DNA of 64,000 bases from an uncultured bacterium (GCA_943787795.1 CALSNU010000007.1:113046-177045); one strand, 5' to 3'. Counted from the stretch's first letter, positions 1 through 9,566 are shown. Notes: generated from the letters alone by a model not told the origin. Numbers and translations: made by a program.

Positions 1-2
1 CC

Positions 3-2483
3 GATCCGGTCGGCCTTGGAGGCCCGTTCGTCGCGGCGCTGCAGGGTGCGGACGGGGAGCAGCGGCTGCTGGTGGCTGGGGGCGCGAACTTCCCGGAGGC
101 GCCGCCTTGGGAGGGCGGAGCCAAGGTCTGGTACGCAGGCACCTGGGTCTTCGACGGAGAGGGCTGGGCCTCCGGGCCGCCCCTGCCCGGACCGCGTGCC
201 TATGGCGCCGTCGTGCACCTCGACGGGCGCGCCCTGCTGATCGGCGGCGGGGACTCGAGCCAGGCCACGTCCGAGGTGCTCATCGCCGAGATGGATGGGA
301 GCGGCGCGGTGCGGTTCGCCGCGGGTCCCGCCCTGCCAGCGCCGTCCCAGTTCCTGGCGGCGGGCCTCGTGGACGGTCGCGTGATCGCGCTCGGCGCCCA
401 GCGAACCGGAGATCCATCCGACCTCGTACGGGCCACCTGGATCCTCGACCCGGAGGACATGGCGTCGGGTTGGACCGAGTCCGCGCCGTTCCCCGGACGC
501 GCTGGCCTCAAGTTCGTGGCTGCGCCCCAGCGCAACGCCGAAGGTAAGGAGGCGCTCTTCGTCTACTCGGGTGAGGTGCCGGGCCAGGGGCCGGAGAGCC
601 TCCCGGACGGGCGCCGCTTCCTGCCGGTCTCTAACGAACTCTGGAGCTTCGAGCCGGGTCGTGAGACCTGGACTCAGCACCGCTCTCCCTCCTCCCCGAG
701 GAGCGGAGCGCATGGCCAGGCGGTTGGCCGATCAGCGGGCTTGGCCTGGCCCACGGGCCAGTCGCACATCCTCTTCTTCTCAGGCGTGGCCGCCGTGCCG
801 CTCGACCTCCCACAGGCGACGCGCTCTGAGTTCACGGCCGACGTGGACGCCTACCACACGCTCACCGATACCTGGACCTGGGAAGGGTCCATGCCGCGGG
901 GAGTGGTCACCACGGGGATCGCGCCCTGGGACGGAGGCTTCGCCATCGCCAGCGGCGAGGTCCGGCCTGGCGTTCGTACGGCCGAGGTCCAGTGGGGGCG
1001 CGTGGACCGCGAGCCGGCGCGGCTGGCCACCCTCGACTACGCGGTGATGGCCCTCTATCTGCTCGGCATCCTGCTGCTCGGAGTCTTCTTCGCGCGACGC
1101 GAGCGCACGGCGGAGGACTTCTTCCTGGCGGGCCGGCGGATCCCCTGGTGGGCGGCAGGGCTCTCCATCTACGCCACGCAGCTCTCAGCGATCACCTACG
1201 TCGCGGTGCCGGCCAAGGCGTACATGGACGACTGGGTGTTCGCGCTGACGTCCATCACGATCCTCATCATGGCGCCGATCGTGATCGTCTTCTACCTGCC
1301 CTTCTTCCGGCGGCTGGAGATCTCCACCGCGTATGAGTACCTCGAGCGTCGCTTCGGGCTCTCCATTCGCCTCTTCGGCAGCGCCTCCTTCATGGCCTTC
1401 CAGGTGGCGCGGATGGCGATCGTGGTGTTCCTGCCGTCGCTGGCCCTCTCCACGGTGACTGGCGTCGACGTCTACACCTGCATCGCGACGATCGGCGTGA
1501 TGGCGACCGTGTACACGGTGCTCGGCGGCATGGAGGCCGTGGTCTGGACCGATGTGCTCCAGGTCTTCGTGTTGATCGGGGGCCTGTTCGTGGCGCTTGC
1601 GCTGGCGGTCGACGGGGCAGGAGGGCTTGAGCCTGCGCTCGAGATCGCGCGCTCCGGGGAGAAGCTGCGCTGGTTCGCGCCCGGGGCCTCGTGGACGGAC
1701 ACGGCCAGCTGGTCGGTGCTGCTCGGAGCCATGTTCCTTCAATTCGGCCCGTACACCACCGATCAGGCGGTGGTGCAGCGCTATCTGTCCACGAAGGACG
1801 AGCGGAGCGCCGCGCGCGGCATCCTCCTCAATGGGCTCGTGGCCATGCCCTTCACCCTGTGCTTCTACGCCCTGGGGTCCGCGCTCTTCGCCTACTTCAG
1901 CGCGCGGCCCGAAGCGCTTGATCTCGGGATGAAGAATGACGAGGTGTTCCCGCTCTTCGTGGCGCTGGAGCTGCCTGCAGGGCTCGCTGGCCTGGTGCTC
2001 GCGGGGATCTTCGCGGCGTCCATGTCGAGCCTGGACTCCTCCATGCACTCGATCGCCACGTCCTGGACGAATGACTGGCATAGGCGGCTTGGGATCGGCT
2101 CCGCCTCGGACCTCCAGACCGGACGCCGGGTGACGCTCTTGATGGGGGTGGTCGGGACCGGCACGGCTGCGCTCTTCGCGGCGTCGGACCTGCGCTCCCT
2201 CTTCGATACCTTTCAGAGCGTCCTCGGCCTGCTGATCAGCCCGCTGGCGGGGCTGTTCTTCCTGGGAATCTTCACGACCCGGACCTCCTCCCGGGGGGCG
2301 GCTCTCGGGGCGCTGCTCTCGATCGCGGTCCTGGCCTACGTGCAGAACGCGACCCCGCTCAACTTCATGCTCTACGGCGCCGTGGGGAGCACCACGTGCG
2401 TGGTGGTCGGATACCTCGCGAGCTTCGTGATGCGCGACGAACGCGACCTTGCGGGGCTCACCTGGTGGACGCGACCGAGCTAG
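3..2483 (+). CDS. Kelch-repeat (NanM-like mutarotase) domain fused to a sodium:solute symporter (SiaT-like); 5'-partial
   Basis: Frame is open from the window edge (DPVGLGGPFV..LLVAGGANFPEAPPWEGGAKVWY). Kelch blades with GG/W motifs end at SGEVRPGVRT. They are followed by SSS hallmarks DFFLAGR, WWAAGLSIYATQLSAIT, AYEYLERRF, GGMEAVVWTD, DQAVVQRYL, AASMSSLDS. Confidence 0.9.
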   Translation, partial: DPVGLGGPFVAALQGADGEQRLLVAGGANFPEAPPWEGGAKVWYAGTWVFDGEGWASGPPLPGPRAYGAVVHLDGRALLIGGGDSSQATSEVLIAEMDGSGAVRFAAGPALPAPSQFLAAGLVDGRVIALGAQRTGDPSDLVRATWILDPEDMASGWTESAPFPGRAGLKFVAAPQRNAEGKEALFVYSGEVPGQGPESLPDGRRFLPVSNELWSFEPGRETWTQHRSPSSPRSGAHGQAVGRSAGLAWPTGQSHILFFSGVAAVPLDLPQATRSEFTADVDAYHTLTDTWTWEGSMPRGVVTTGIAPWDGGFAIASGEVRPGVRTAEVQWGRVDREPARLATLDYAVMALYLLGILLLGVFFARRERTAEDFFLAGRRIPWWAAGLSIYATQLSAITYVAVPAKAYMDDWVFALTSITILIMAPIVIVFYLPFFRRLEISTAYEYLERRFGLSIRLFGSASFMAFQVARMAIVVFLPSLALSTVTGVDVYTCIATIGVMATVYTVLGGMEAVVWTDVLQVFVLIGGLFVALALAVDGAGGLEPALEIARSGEKLRWFAPGASWTDTASWSVLLGAMFLQFGPYTTDQAVVQRYLSTKDERSAARGILLNGLVAMPFTLCFYALGSALFAYFSARPEALDLGMKNDEVFPLFVALELPAGLAGLVLAGIFAASMSSLDSSMHSIATSWTNDWHRRLGIGSASDLQTGRRVTLLMGVVGTGTAALFAASDLRSLFDTFQSVLGLLISPLAGLFFLGIFTTRTSSRGAALGALLSIAVLAYVQNATPLNFMLYGAVGSTTCVVVGYLASFVMRDERDLAGLTWWTRPS

Positions 2484-5131
2484 CGGAACTCCACCGCCAG
2501 GGAGCCTGAGAGGTTGGAGGTGGCGGCGCCGCCGATCGAGGCGCGGTACCAGGCCTGAAAGCGCCAGGTCTCACCGGCCAGGACGCTGTGTGAGGAGAGC
2601 GGGCCGGGGATCGCCTCGAGGTCGACCCCGAGGGTCACCAGCCCGTCGGGGCCAGCGCTCTGGGCCTCCCCTGGCCCGTCGAAGCGGCCGATGCCGCCGC
2701 CGAGGCATAGCGTGCCCTGGCTCCCGCCGGGGGCCACCACGAAGCCGGGGGTCTCGCTGGTGAGGAAGAGCGTCAGCGACCCTGGAGGCAGGTGCGCAGC
2801 TCGGAGCTGCAGGGCGTTCGCGGAGCGCCACGGCGACCCCACCGCTTCGAGGCGTACGGGCGGCGTGCCAGCACCGACGCACTCTGCCGTCCCAAGGAAG
2901 CCCCGCCCGGTGCCGCGGAGAAGGGTCACGGAGTCGGCCCGTTCGGAGGTGAGGATGACGTCTGCATCACCGTCCGAGTCCACGTCGGCGACGAGGAATG
3001 AGGACACCCCCTCGGAGCGCTCGACGACCATCGGGGGCGCGCCAAAGGGCGCGGTGTACACCTTGAGCGCGAGGGGCTCGACGGAGGCATCGCGCGGCGT
3101 CGTGACGAGGTCGAGGTCTCCGTCGAGGTCGATATCGACCGCCTCGATGGAGGACCATCCCTGGACCGCGCTGCCCACGTAGTCGGCACCTCCAAATTGA
3201 CCTGGGGAGAGCTGCGGGATCCACTCGAGGAGGGGGAAGACGAAGCCAGCGCCCCCGACCACAAGGTCAAGGTCGCCGTCGCCATCCGCATCCATCGTGG
3301 CCACGTTGCGAGGCTGAAAGTTGATCGTGGGGATGGCGATCCGCGCGCTGAAGGTGCCAGAGCCCTGACCGGGGAACCACCCGACGGAGCCGCCGAAACC
3401 CGGGCCGGCGAGGATCAGATCCCTGTTTCCGTCCCCGTCCATGTCGCGGATCGTGAGGTCGGCCACCGCCGGCTGATCGCTGATGAGGATGCGCGGGGTG
3501 GGGTCGAGGAGCCCTGGGGTGCCGCGAAACCAGAGCACGTCGCCCTGGCCAGTAATGGAGAGGACGAGGTCCAGTCGTCCGTCTCCGTCCACGTCGGTCG
3601 GCGTGATGGTGCCGCCGGTCGCCGCCGAGAAGGACCGGAGCCTTGACGGCGGGGAGAACTGCCCCGAATCGAAGGTGTGCAAGTCGACCCAGCCTCCGCT
3701 GAAGGACGCGAGGACGAGGTCTTGATCCCCGTCGCCGTCGAGGTCAGCGGCGACCATCTCCTCCAGGTCGGGCGGGGTCTTGAAGCCCGCCTGGGGGATC
3801 GCGAAGTCGCCAGCGCCCAGGTTCTCGAGGGTCATGACCCGGCCCGCTCCGGTGGCCGCGACAAGCAGGTCGAGGTCGCCGTCAAGGTCGATGTCCGCTG
3901 CCGCGACAGCGCGCGCTCCATCCGCGCGCCGCGTGATCTCACGGAACGGGCCGAACGCTCCGGAGCCAAGCGCGGGGCTCCAGCCGACCTGCTCCGTGGA
4001 GCACGCCACGACGCGGTCGGGCAGGCCGTCGCGGTCGAGGTCGACGAGCTGTTGATCCAGCACGCTCCAGCCCGGCTCCGCGGCGAAGGGGCGGGGCTGG
4101 ACGTCGAACCCCGAGGTGAGGTTCTCTAACCAGTGGGGCGCGCCCATGGTGGCGGGGAACAGGAGGTCCAGGTCACCGTCGCCGTCCACGTCGCCGGTCG
4201 AGAGCGGGGAGGGCTCGATCCTGGGTTCGGTCGCGAGCGTGACCGGAGGCATGAACGCACCGCTGCTCGCCCCTCGGTAGAAGAGGACCTCCTGCCCGAA
4301 GTCGAGGCTGGACGACGTGCCGCTCGCGACCAGGTCCAGTCGACCGTCCCCGTCGAGATCAAGGGCCTCGACGGAGCACAGCTGGCTCAACTGATCGACG
4401 ATCAGCGGACCCTGCGCGAAGGTCGCGCCCTGGTTTCGGAACCAGACGATGCGGCGGAGGTCACGGTCGAGGACGAGGAGGTCGAGGTCGCCGTCGCTGT
4501 CGAGGTCTGCCAGTTGTTGCGAACCCGTGACGATCCCGGCGGCTCCCTGGCTTCCAGGGGTGAAGCGCGTGGGCCAGCCGAGGCCGCCGCCACCGATGCC
4601 TCGGAGGATGAAGTGTCCACGGTGGGCCGGGTGGATGGCATCGAATGCGATCAGGACGTCCTCGAGACCGTCCTGGTCGAGGTCGCCCACATCGAGGTCC
4701 AGGGCCTCACCCGAGAAGCCGGCGACGCGTCGAGCGGCGCGGTATCGGTCACCATCTCGCTCATGGACGTACAGCTGAGAGGGGGACCTCGTCAGCGCGA
4801 GGACATCGAGGTCGCCGTCGCCGTCGAGGTCGGAGAGGTCCCAGTAGGTGGAGGGAGACGGAGATTGCAGGAGCAGCGCCAGCTCGCCGGCGACCCCGGG
4901 GGCCTGTTCGATCCAGAAGAGGCGGTGGCCGCCAGCGTCGGTCACCAGGAGGTCGAGGTCCCCGTCGCCATCCACGTCCGCCGACGGGAGCAGCCTCGGG
5001 CCGTTCACGGTCGAGGTGAGCTCGACGGGCGCCGCGAGCTGTGCATTCGCGCCACCGGAGGTTGCGAGGACCGCCCAGAGGGCCGCTGCGAGCGCAGGGG
5101 CGCACGCGAGGGAGGGGCACCGAGGTCCCAT
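2480..5131 (-). CDS. Secreted FG-GAP/VCBS repeat protein (14 DxDGDGDxD repeats, probably two beta-propellers) with a C-terminal extra domain
   Basis: Signal-peptide-like N-terminus (..GANA/Q); 14 D[VLI]DxDGxxD motifs counted; C-terminal GFVVAPGGSQGTLCLGG..FQAWYR domain. Confidence 0.9.
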   Translation of the reverse strand: MGPRCPSLACAPALAAALWAVLATSGGANAQLAAPVELTSTVNGPRLLPSADVDGDGDLDLLVTDAGGHRLFWIEQAPGVAGELALLLQSPSPSTYWDLSDLDGDGDLDVLALTRSPSQLYVHERDGDRYRAARRVAGFSGEALDLDVGDLDQDGLEDVLIAFDAIHPAHRGHFILRGIGGGGLGWPTRFTPGSQGAAGIVTGSQQLADLDSDGDLDLLVLDRDLRRIVWFRNQGATFAQGPLIVDQLSQLCSVEALDLDGDGRLDLVASGTSSSLDFGQEVLFYRGASSGAFMPPVTLATEPRIEPSPLSTGDVDGDGDLDLLFPATMGAPHWLENLTSGFDVQPRPFAAEPGWSVLDQQLVDLDRDGLPDRVVACSTEQVGWSPALGSGAFGPFREITRRADGARAVAAADIDLDGDLDLLVAATGAGRVMTLENLGAGDFAIPQAGFKTPPDLEEMVAADLDGDGDQDLVLASFSGGWVDLHTFDSGQFSPPSRLRSFSAATGGTITPTDVDGDGRLDLVLSITGQGDVLWFRGTPGLLDPTPRILISDQPAVADLTIRDMDGDGNRDLILAGPGFGGSVGWFPGQGSGTFSARIAIPTINFQPRNVATMDADGDGDLDLVVGGAGFVFPLLEWIPQLSPGQFGGADYVGSAVQGWSSIEAVDIDLDGDLDLVTTPRDASVEPLALKVYTAPFGAPPMVVERSEGVSSFLVADVDSDGDADVILTSERADSVTLLRGTGRGFLGTAECVGAGTPPVRLEAVGSPWRSANALQLRAAHLPPGSLTLFLTSETPGFVVAPGGSQGTLCLGGGIGRFDGPGEAQSAGPDGLVTLGVDLEAIPGPLSSHSVLAGETWRFQAWYRASIGGAATSNLSGSLAVEFR

Positions 5132-5285
5132 GACCTCACCTTTGGTGAACCCCGGCAGGCTCGCCAGTCCCTTGGACGGGAAACTCTCGCGGCGCCCGGA
5201 GAGCGAGCCCTGGGGTCACTGGGGCACCGTCGACGGGCCGCTCGTCAGCGGGCTAGCGTCCCCCCGGCTGAAAGCGACGCTGGCC

Positions 5286-5386
5286 CAGCTGAGGGTCTTG
5301 ATGACTCAGCTGAGGGTCTCGATAACTCAGCCGAGGGTCTCGATAACTCAGTCGAGGGTCTTGATCACTCAGTCGAGGGTGATGAT
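5286..5386. repeat. Tandem 21-bp repeat, about 4.8 copies, overlapping the protease stop codon
   Basis: Units cagctgagggtcttgatgact / cagctgagggtctcgataact / cagccgagggtctcgataact / cagtcgagggtcttgatcact / cagtcgagggtgatgat. Confidence 0.95.
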
Positions 5387-6523
5387 GGCGCTCCCCGCGC
5401 CCTCGATGATGGAGGCGACTCCGCTACCGTCGATCCAGTCGTAGATCGCGCCGAGCGGCGTCACCAGACCCATGTGGGGGATGACGGTCGGCCGGATGGA
5501 CCCGTGCGTGTAGATCTTGGAGAAGATGCCCAGCAACTCGTGGGAGGTGAGCCCGTAGATGCCGCCGCCGGAGTTGCCGATGTAGGTGGGCGCGGAGATC
5601 ATCCAGAAGCGGGCATCAGCGACCTCGTGATGAAGGTCGGTGAGGTGCCCCTGGGTCGGAATGGGGTCGTTTCCAAGCGGGCAGCCGACGGCGACCACGT
5701 CCTCGAAGACCTCCGTGGAGGCCAGCCGATCGCGCGTGGGCAGCATGGCTCCAACGTCAAAGCGCTCGCATGAGTCGAGGATCAGGAGGGCAGAATCCAG
5801 CTCGACGCTGTGAGACAGGACCGTCGCCGTGAACTCGCTCTTGGCGCCGTCGAGATCTCGGACGATGACGGGGATCGGGCAGTCCGCGTCCTGGGAGTCC
5901 GCGCGGATGTCGCGGATCACGTGCCACGACGTGAGCATCAGCGTCCTGTAGGCCTCGGGGTTGGCCTCGGAGGGTCGGGACTGGAGCAGCACGCCGCTGC
6001 CAACGGTCGAAGCCCCTCGAAGCTGGACGGTGGGTCCCACCGTTGCCGACCAGAGTCCGCTGGAGTCCACCTGATCCTGCTCGCCGTCAGCAAGCTGCGA
6101 GCGGACGTCGCCGAGCTCGGCCCGTGTCTCATCGACCAGCGTCGTCGTGGCGTCCAGCGCTCGAACAAAGCCAGCCCACCGAGAGTTCATCCCCTGCTCA
6201 AGGTCATCGATCCGCCGGACTTTGAAGGCGATCTGTGAGACCTCGTCCAGAGCGTCGCGCTGGGACTCCAGCGTCCGTCGAGCGTCGGCGAGGCGAGCCT
6301 CGAGGGAGTGCAACCGAGACTGAAGGGCGGTGACCTGACCCTCTCCGGGCAGTCCATCGAGGCGTGACGAAAGCTGGTGGAGCTCCCGGTCCTGGCGGGC
6401 GGGGACCTGCTGGGTGAACTCTTCCAGTGAGACGAGGCGTCGCTCCAGGTTGGACTGACGGGTGACGCCCATGACCAACAGAGGGGAGGCGGCGGTGATA
6501 CCGATGAGCAGGGTGCGGTACAT
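5369..6523 (-). CDS. Membrane-anchored trypsin-like (S1) serine protease with N-terminal coiled coil and no PDZ domain
   Basis: GSGVLL, LTSWHVI (His), LDSALL (Asp), GNSGG (Ser). Hydrophobic N-terminus MYRTLLIGITAASPLLVMG, then a heptad-rich region. Start chosen at ATG 6523. Confidence 0.85.
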   Translation of the reverse strand: MYRTLLIGITAASPLLVMGVTRQSNLERRLVSLEEFTQQVPARQDRELHQLSSRLDGLPGEGQVTALQSRLHSLEARLADARRTLESQRDALDEVSQIAFKVRRIDDLEQGMNSRWAGFVRALDATTTLVDETRAELGDVRSQLADGEQDQVDSSGLWSATVGPTVQLRGASTVGSGVLLQSRPSEANPEAYRTLMLTSWHVIRDIRADSQDADCPIPVIVRDLDGAKSEFTATVLSHSVELDSALLILDSCERFDVGAMLPTRDRLASTEVFEDVVAVGCPLGNDPIPTQGHLTDLHHEVADARFWMISAPTYIGNSGGGIYGLTSHELLGIFSKIYTHGSIRPTVIPHMGLVTPLGAIYDWIDGSGVASIIEGAGSAIITLD

Positions 6524-6627
6524 CGAGGAGGGGACTGGGGACTGGGGCGGGCTGCAACCCCTGACGAGAAGGGGCAAGGGGGTCGCCACTTGTTTGCGAC
6601 TTCCTTTTCTCTCGTCATTACGGCCTC

Positions 6628-6967
6628 TGTGGAACGAGCCTTTCTCCTGTGGATCTCTTGTGGAGACACCGGACTTGGCCGTGCCAAGTCGAGCAGGCCT
6701 CTCACGCCTCCCTCGTCGTGTGCCGGGGAGTTCTCCACACCGCGTGGAGCGTTGTGGAATGGGCGTAACTCACTTATTTGATGTTGTTTATGTGCCCTTC
6801 TCCGAGCTTCTCCCCGAACTCTACCCACCTTTCCACTAGCTCGCTGCGATGGCCTAGGACTCTCCTTGCCCTCGGTGTATCGATGTTGGGGATATTACTA
6901 GGTTCTGCGTCGACGTCAGCCCGACGCCAATGGGAAGGAGCTGGGCAGAGATCGCAGCGGATCCACA
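6628..6967. promoter_or_regulatory. Cluster of DnaA-box-like motifs plus AT-rich tract (candidate oriC or DnaA-box cluster)
   Basis: TGTGGA/TCCACA cores at 6628, 6648, 6659, 6731 (TTCTCCACA), 6753 and 6959, with variants at 6829 and 6887; AT-rich 6766-6793. Confidence 0.5.
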
Positions 6968-7064
6968 GCGATAGCGGTCGGGTCGGAGCCCAGCGCGACC
7001 TAGGATGGCTCGCCAAAAGCCCCGTCAAATCTCCGCCAGAGTCCGCAACCGGTCCCGCCCCACC

Positions 7065-8345
7065 ATGCCCATCTACTCCATCCCCGAGATCATCGAAGAC
7101 CTGCAGAAGGGGCGCATGATCATCCTCGTCGATGACCCTGACCGCGAGAACGAGGGCGACCTCGCCATGCTCGCTGACAAGATCACGCCGGAGGCCGTGA
7201 ACTTCATGGCCAAGGAAGGGCGAGGTCTGATCTGCACGCCGATGTCGGGAGAGGTCTGCGACCGGCTGGACCTGCCGATGCAGGCGGCGCACAACACCAA
7301 TGCCCACGGGACGGCCTTCACGATCTCGATCGAGGCGACGACCGGGGTCTCGACGGGGATCAGCGCAGCCGACCGCGCCAGAACGATCGAGGTCGCAGCG
7401 GCTCCGACGTCCCAGGCCTCAGACCTTGCGCGGCCGGGGCACATCTTCCCCCTCCGGGCACGGGAAGGCGGGGTGCTCGTGCGCGGCGGTCAGACCGAGG
7501 GGATCGTGGATCTCGCCCAGCTGGCGGGCGGCTCCCCGGTCGGCGTCATCTGCGAGATCATGAACGACGACGGGACCATGTCGAGGATGCCCGAGCTCGA
7601 GGTCTTCGCTGCCCAGCACGACCTCAAGATCTGCACCATCGCGGACCTGATCGAGTATCGACGCAAGAACGAGCAGCTCGTGGAGCCCGTGGTCGAACGG
7701 CCGGTTCCCCTCCAGACGGACTACGGTCTGTTCCACACGCACCTCTTCCGCTCGAAGATCGACGGAAAGGAGCACGTGGCGCTCTCGCACGGTCTGGTCA
7801 CCGGGGACGAGGCTGAAGGAGCCTCTGAGCCCGTTGATGGGGAGGTCTTCGTCCGGGTCCACTCGGAGTGCCTGACGGGGGATGTGTTCGGCTCCCAGCG
7901 GTGTGACTGCGGGATGCAGCTCGACCAGGCCATGAAGATGCTGGCCTCCAAGGATCGCGGCGTGCTGGTCTACCTGCGCCAGGAGGGCCGCGGGATCGGC
8001 CTCGCGAACAAGCTCAAGGCGTACCACCTTCAGGACGGTGGCATGGACACCGTCGAGGCCAACGAGGCCCTCGGCCTGCCTGTGGACCTGCGCGAGTACG
8101 GGATCGGCGCTCAGATCCTGTTCCACCTCGGCGTTCGGAAGATGAGGCTCCTCACCAACAATCCCAAGAAGATCCATGGGCTTGCGGGCTACGGCCTGGA
8201 ATTGGCCGGCCAGGAGCCCCTTGAGGTTGAGCCTAACCCTAATAACCTTAAGTACTTGAGGACCAAGAAGGAGCGCATGGGGCACACCCTCAGGGCGCCC
8301 CTCCAGGCCCCCGCGGCCGCCGAATCTGCGCCCGACCGGGAATAG
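7065..8345 (+). CDS. ribBA: Bifunctional 3,4-dihydroxy-2-butanone-4-phosphate synthase / GTP cyclohydrolase II
   Basis: [63 protein letters not shown]. Confidence 0.98.
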   Translation: MPIYSIPEIIEDLQKGRMIILVDDPDRENEGDLAMLADKITPEAVNFMAKEGRGLICTPMSGEVCDRLDLPMQAAHNTNAHGTAFTISIEATTGVSTGISAADRARTIEVAAAPTSQASDLARPGHIFPLRAREGGVLVRGGQTEGIVDLAQLAGGSPVGVICEIMNDDGTMSRMPELEVFAAQHDLKICTIADLIEYRRKNEQLVEPVVERPVPLQTDYGLFHTHLFRSKIDGKEHVALSHGLVTGDEAEGASEPVDGEVFVRVHSECLTGDVFGSQRCDCGMQLDQAMKMLASKDRGVLVYLRQEGRGIGLANKLKAYHLQDGGMDTVEANEALGLPVDLREYGIGAQILFHLGVRKMRLLTNNPKKIHGLAGYGLELAGQEPLEVEPNPNNLKYLRTKKERMGHTLRAPLQAPAAAESAPDRE

Positions 8346-8346
8346 C

Positions 8347-9009
8347 GTGTCCATCGAGGCGTCCACGCTTCCGAAGATGGGAGCGCTGATGCACAAACCG
8401 AGCCTCGAGAGACAGGACGACAGCTTGCTCGTTCAGGGGACCCTGGACGGGGACGCCCGTTGTTTTGAGGTGCTCGTGGAGCGGTACCAGCGGCGGTTGT
8501 TCGGGCTGGTCCGCCACTACACTCGCAGCGCGGTGGAGGTCGAGGACATCGTCCAGGACACCTTCCTGAAGGCGTTCAGCCGCCTGGAGACGTTCCAGCA
8601 ATCCTCCGCCTTCTACACCTGGCTGTACAGGATCGCGGTCAACACGGTCCTGGACTTCATGAAGCGCCAGGGGCGAAGCCCGATCAGGGCCGTGGAAGAC
8701 CCGGAGGCCGTCAGCAGCTCCGTCGACGAGACCACCGAGCGCAAGTCGATCCGCCCGGATGCCCGCCTCGAGCAGGCCGAGATCTCGGAGATCACTCGGA
8801 GCGTCATGGATGACCTCCCGGAGATCTTCCGGACGGTCCTGGTCATGCGAGAGCTCGAACAAATGCGCTACCAGGACATCGCCGATGTGCTGCAGGTGTC
8901 CATCGGGACCGTCGAGTCCCGTCTGTTCCGCGCGAGGGCCCGCTTCAAGAAGCGCCTCCTTCAGCTCCATCCGGAGTTCGCGGCCAGCCAGTCCAATCCT
9001 CCTGAGTAG
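8347..9009 (+). CDS. ECF RNA polymerase sigma factor (RpoE/SigW-like)
   Basis: EDIVQDTFLKAF, FYTWLYRIAVN, YQDIADVLQVSIGTVESRLFRAR. Start could be 8377 or 8389. Confidence 0.95.
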   Translation: MSIEASTLPKMGALMHKPSLERQDDSLLVQGTLDGDARCFEVLVERYQRRLFGLVRHYTRSAVEVEDIVQDTFLKAFSRLETFQQSSAFYTWLYRIAVNTVLDFMKRQGRSPIRAVEDPEAVSSSVDETTERKSIRPDARLEQAEISEITRSVMDDLPEIFRTVLVMRELEQMRYQDIADVLQVSIGTVESRLFRARARFKKRLLQLHPEFAASQSNPPE

Positions 9010-9020
9010 GAGACCGAGGT

Positions 9021-9566
9021 ATGAGTTCCACATCACCGATTCAGTGCGAGGTCGTTCTTGCGCTTGTTCCGACCTTCGTTGACGACGAGGTCACTGACGG
9101 CGTTGGTAGCACCGTACGACGCCACTTGATGGACTGCCCGGCCTGCCGTAAGGCGGTCCAGGAGGAGCAGACCCTCCGGCAGTGGTTCGTTGCGAGTCCA
9201 GAGGTCGAGGTGCCCGATGGCTTCGCAGCCCGCGTCGCCCGCAGGGCCTTGGCTGGCGATGTCGGCCTCATTCCTGCGGTCGCCCCGCGGTCCTCCAGCG
9301 AGCGTGAACTTCACGCTGAGGCTCCCGATGGGGCTCCCGATGGGGGACCCGCGGGGCGGGTCCTGGCCTTCTCGCGCGCCCTGGTCGCGGTGGCCGCCGC
9401 TGGCCTTGTGGTGACCACCCTCCTCCTCTCGGGTGGCGACCGACCCGAGGTCTCGGGGCTCGACGCGGGCAACGATCTTCAGGAGGCGCTCATGGAGCTC
9501 GATGAGGAGAATCAAAGGCTCGAGCTGGAGCTTGACGCCGCATCGACGCCCGCAGGTGGGCGCTGA
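9021..9566 (+). CDS. Zinc-finger (HxxxCxxC) transmembrane anti-sigma factor
   Basis: N-terminal Cys, HLMDCPAC motif and one TM segment; directly downstream of the ECF sigma. Confidence 0.9.
   Translation: MSSTSPIQCEVVLALVPTFVDDEVTDGVGSTVRRHLMDCPACRKAVQEEQTLRQWFVASPEVEVPDGFAARVARRALAGDVGLIPAVAPRSSSERELHAEAPDGAPDGGPAGRVLAFSRALVAVAAAGLVVTTLLLSGGDRPEVSGLDAGNDLQEALMELDEENQRLELELDAASTPAGGR

Noticed and set aside
5286..5386. CRISPR array interpretation of this and the 36.6 kb and 59.3 kb repeats
   Set aside because: Units are contiguous with no unique spacers, are only 14-22 bp, and no cas genes are present.
4133..5773. Long antisense or alternate-frame ORFs (e.g. 4133-5773, 19237-21177, 31583-33115, 47690-49171, 53198-54757)
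   Set aside because: Shadow ORFs typical of ~70% GC DNA; they overlap well-supported genes and show no recognisable motifs.
6590..7064. FMN riboswitch upstream of ribBA
   Set aside because: The conserved RFN elements (AGGGC.GGGTGAAATTCCC.ACCGGCGGT, GGATGGGAG) are not present.
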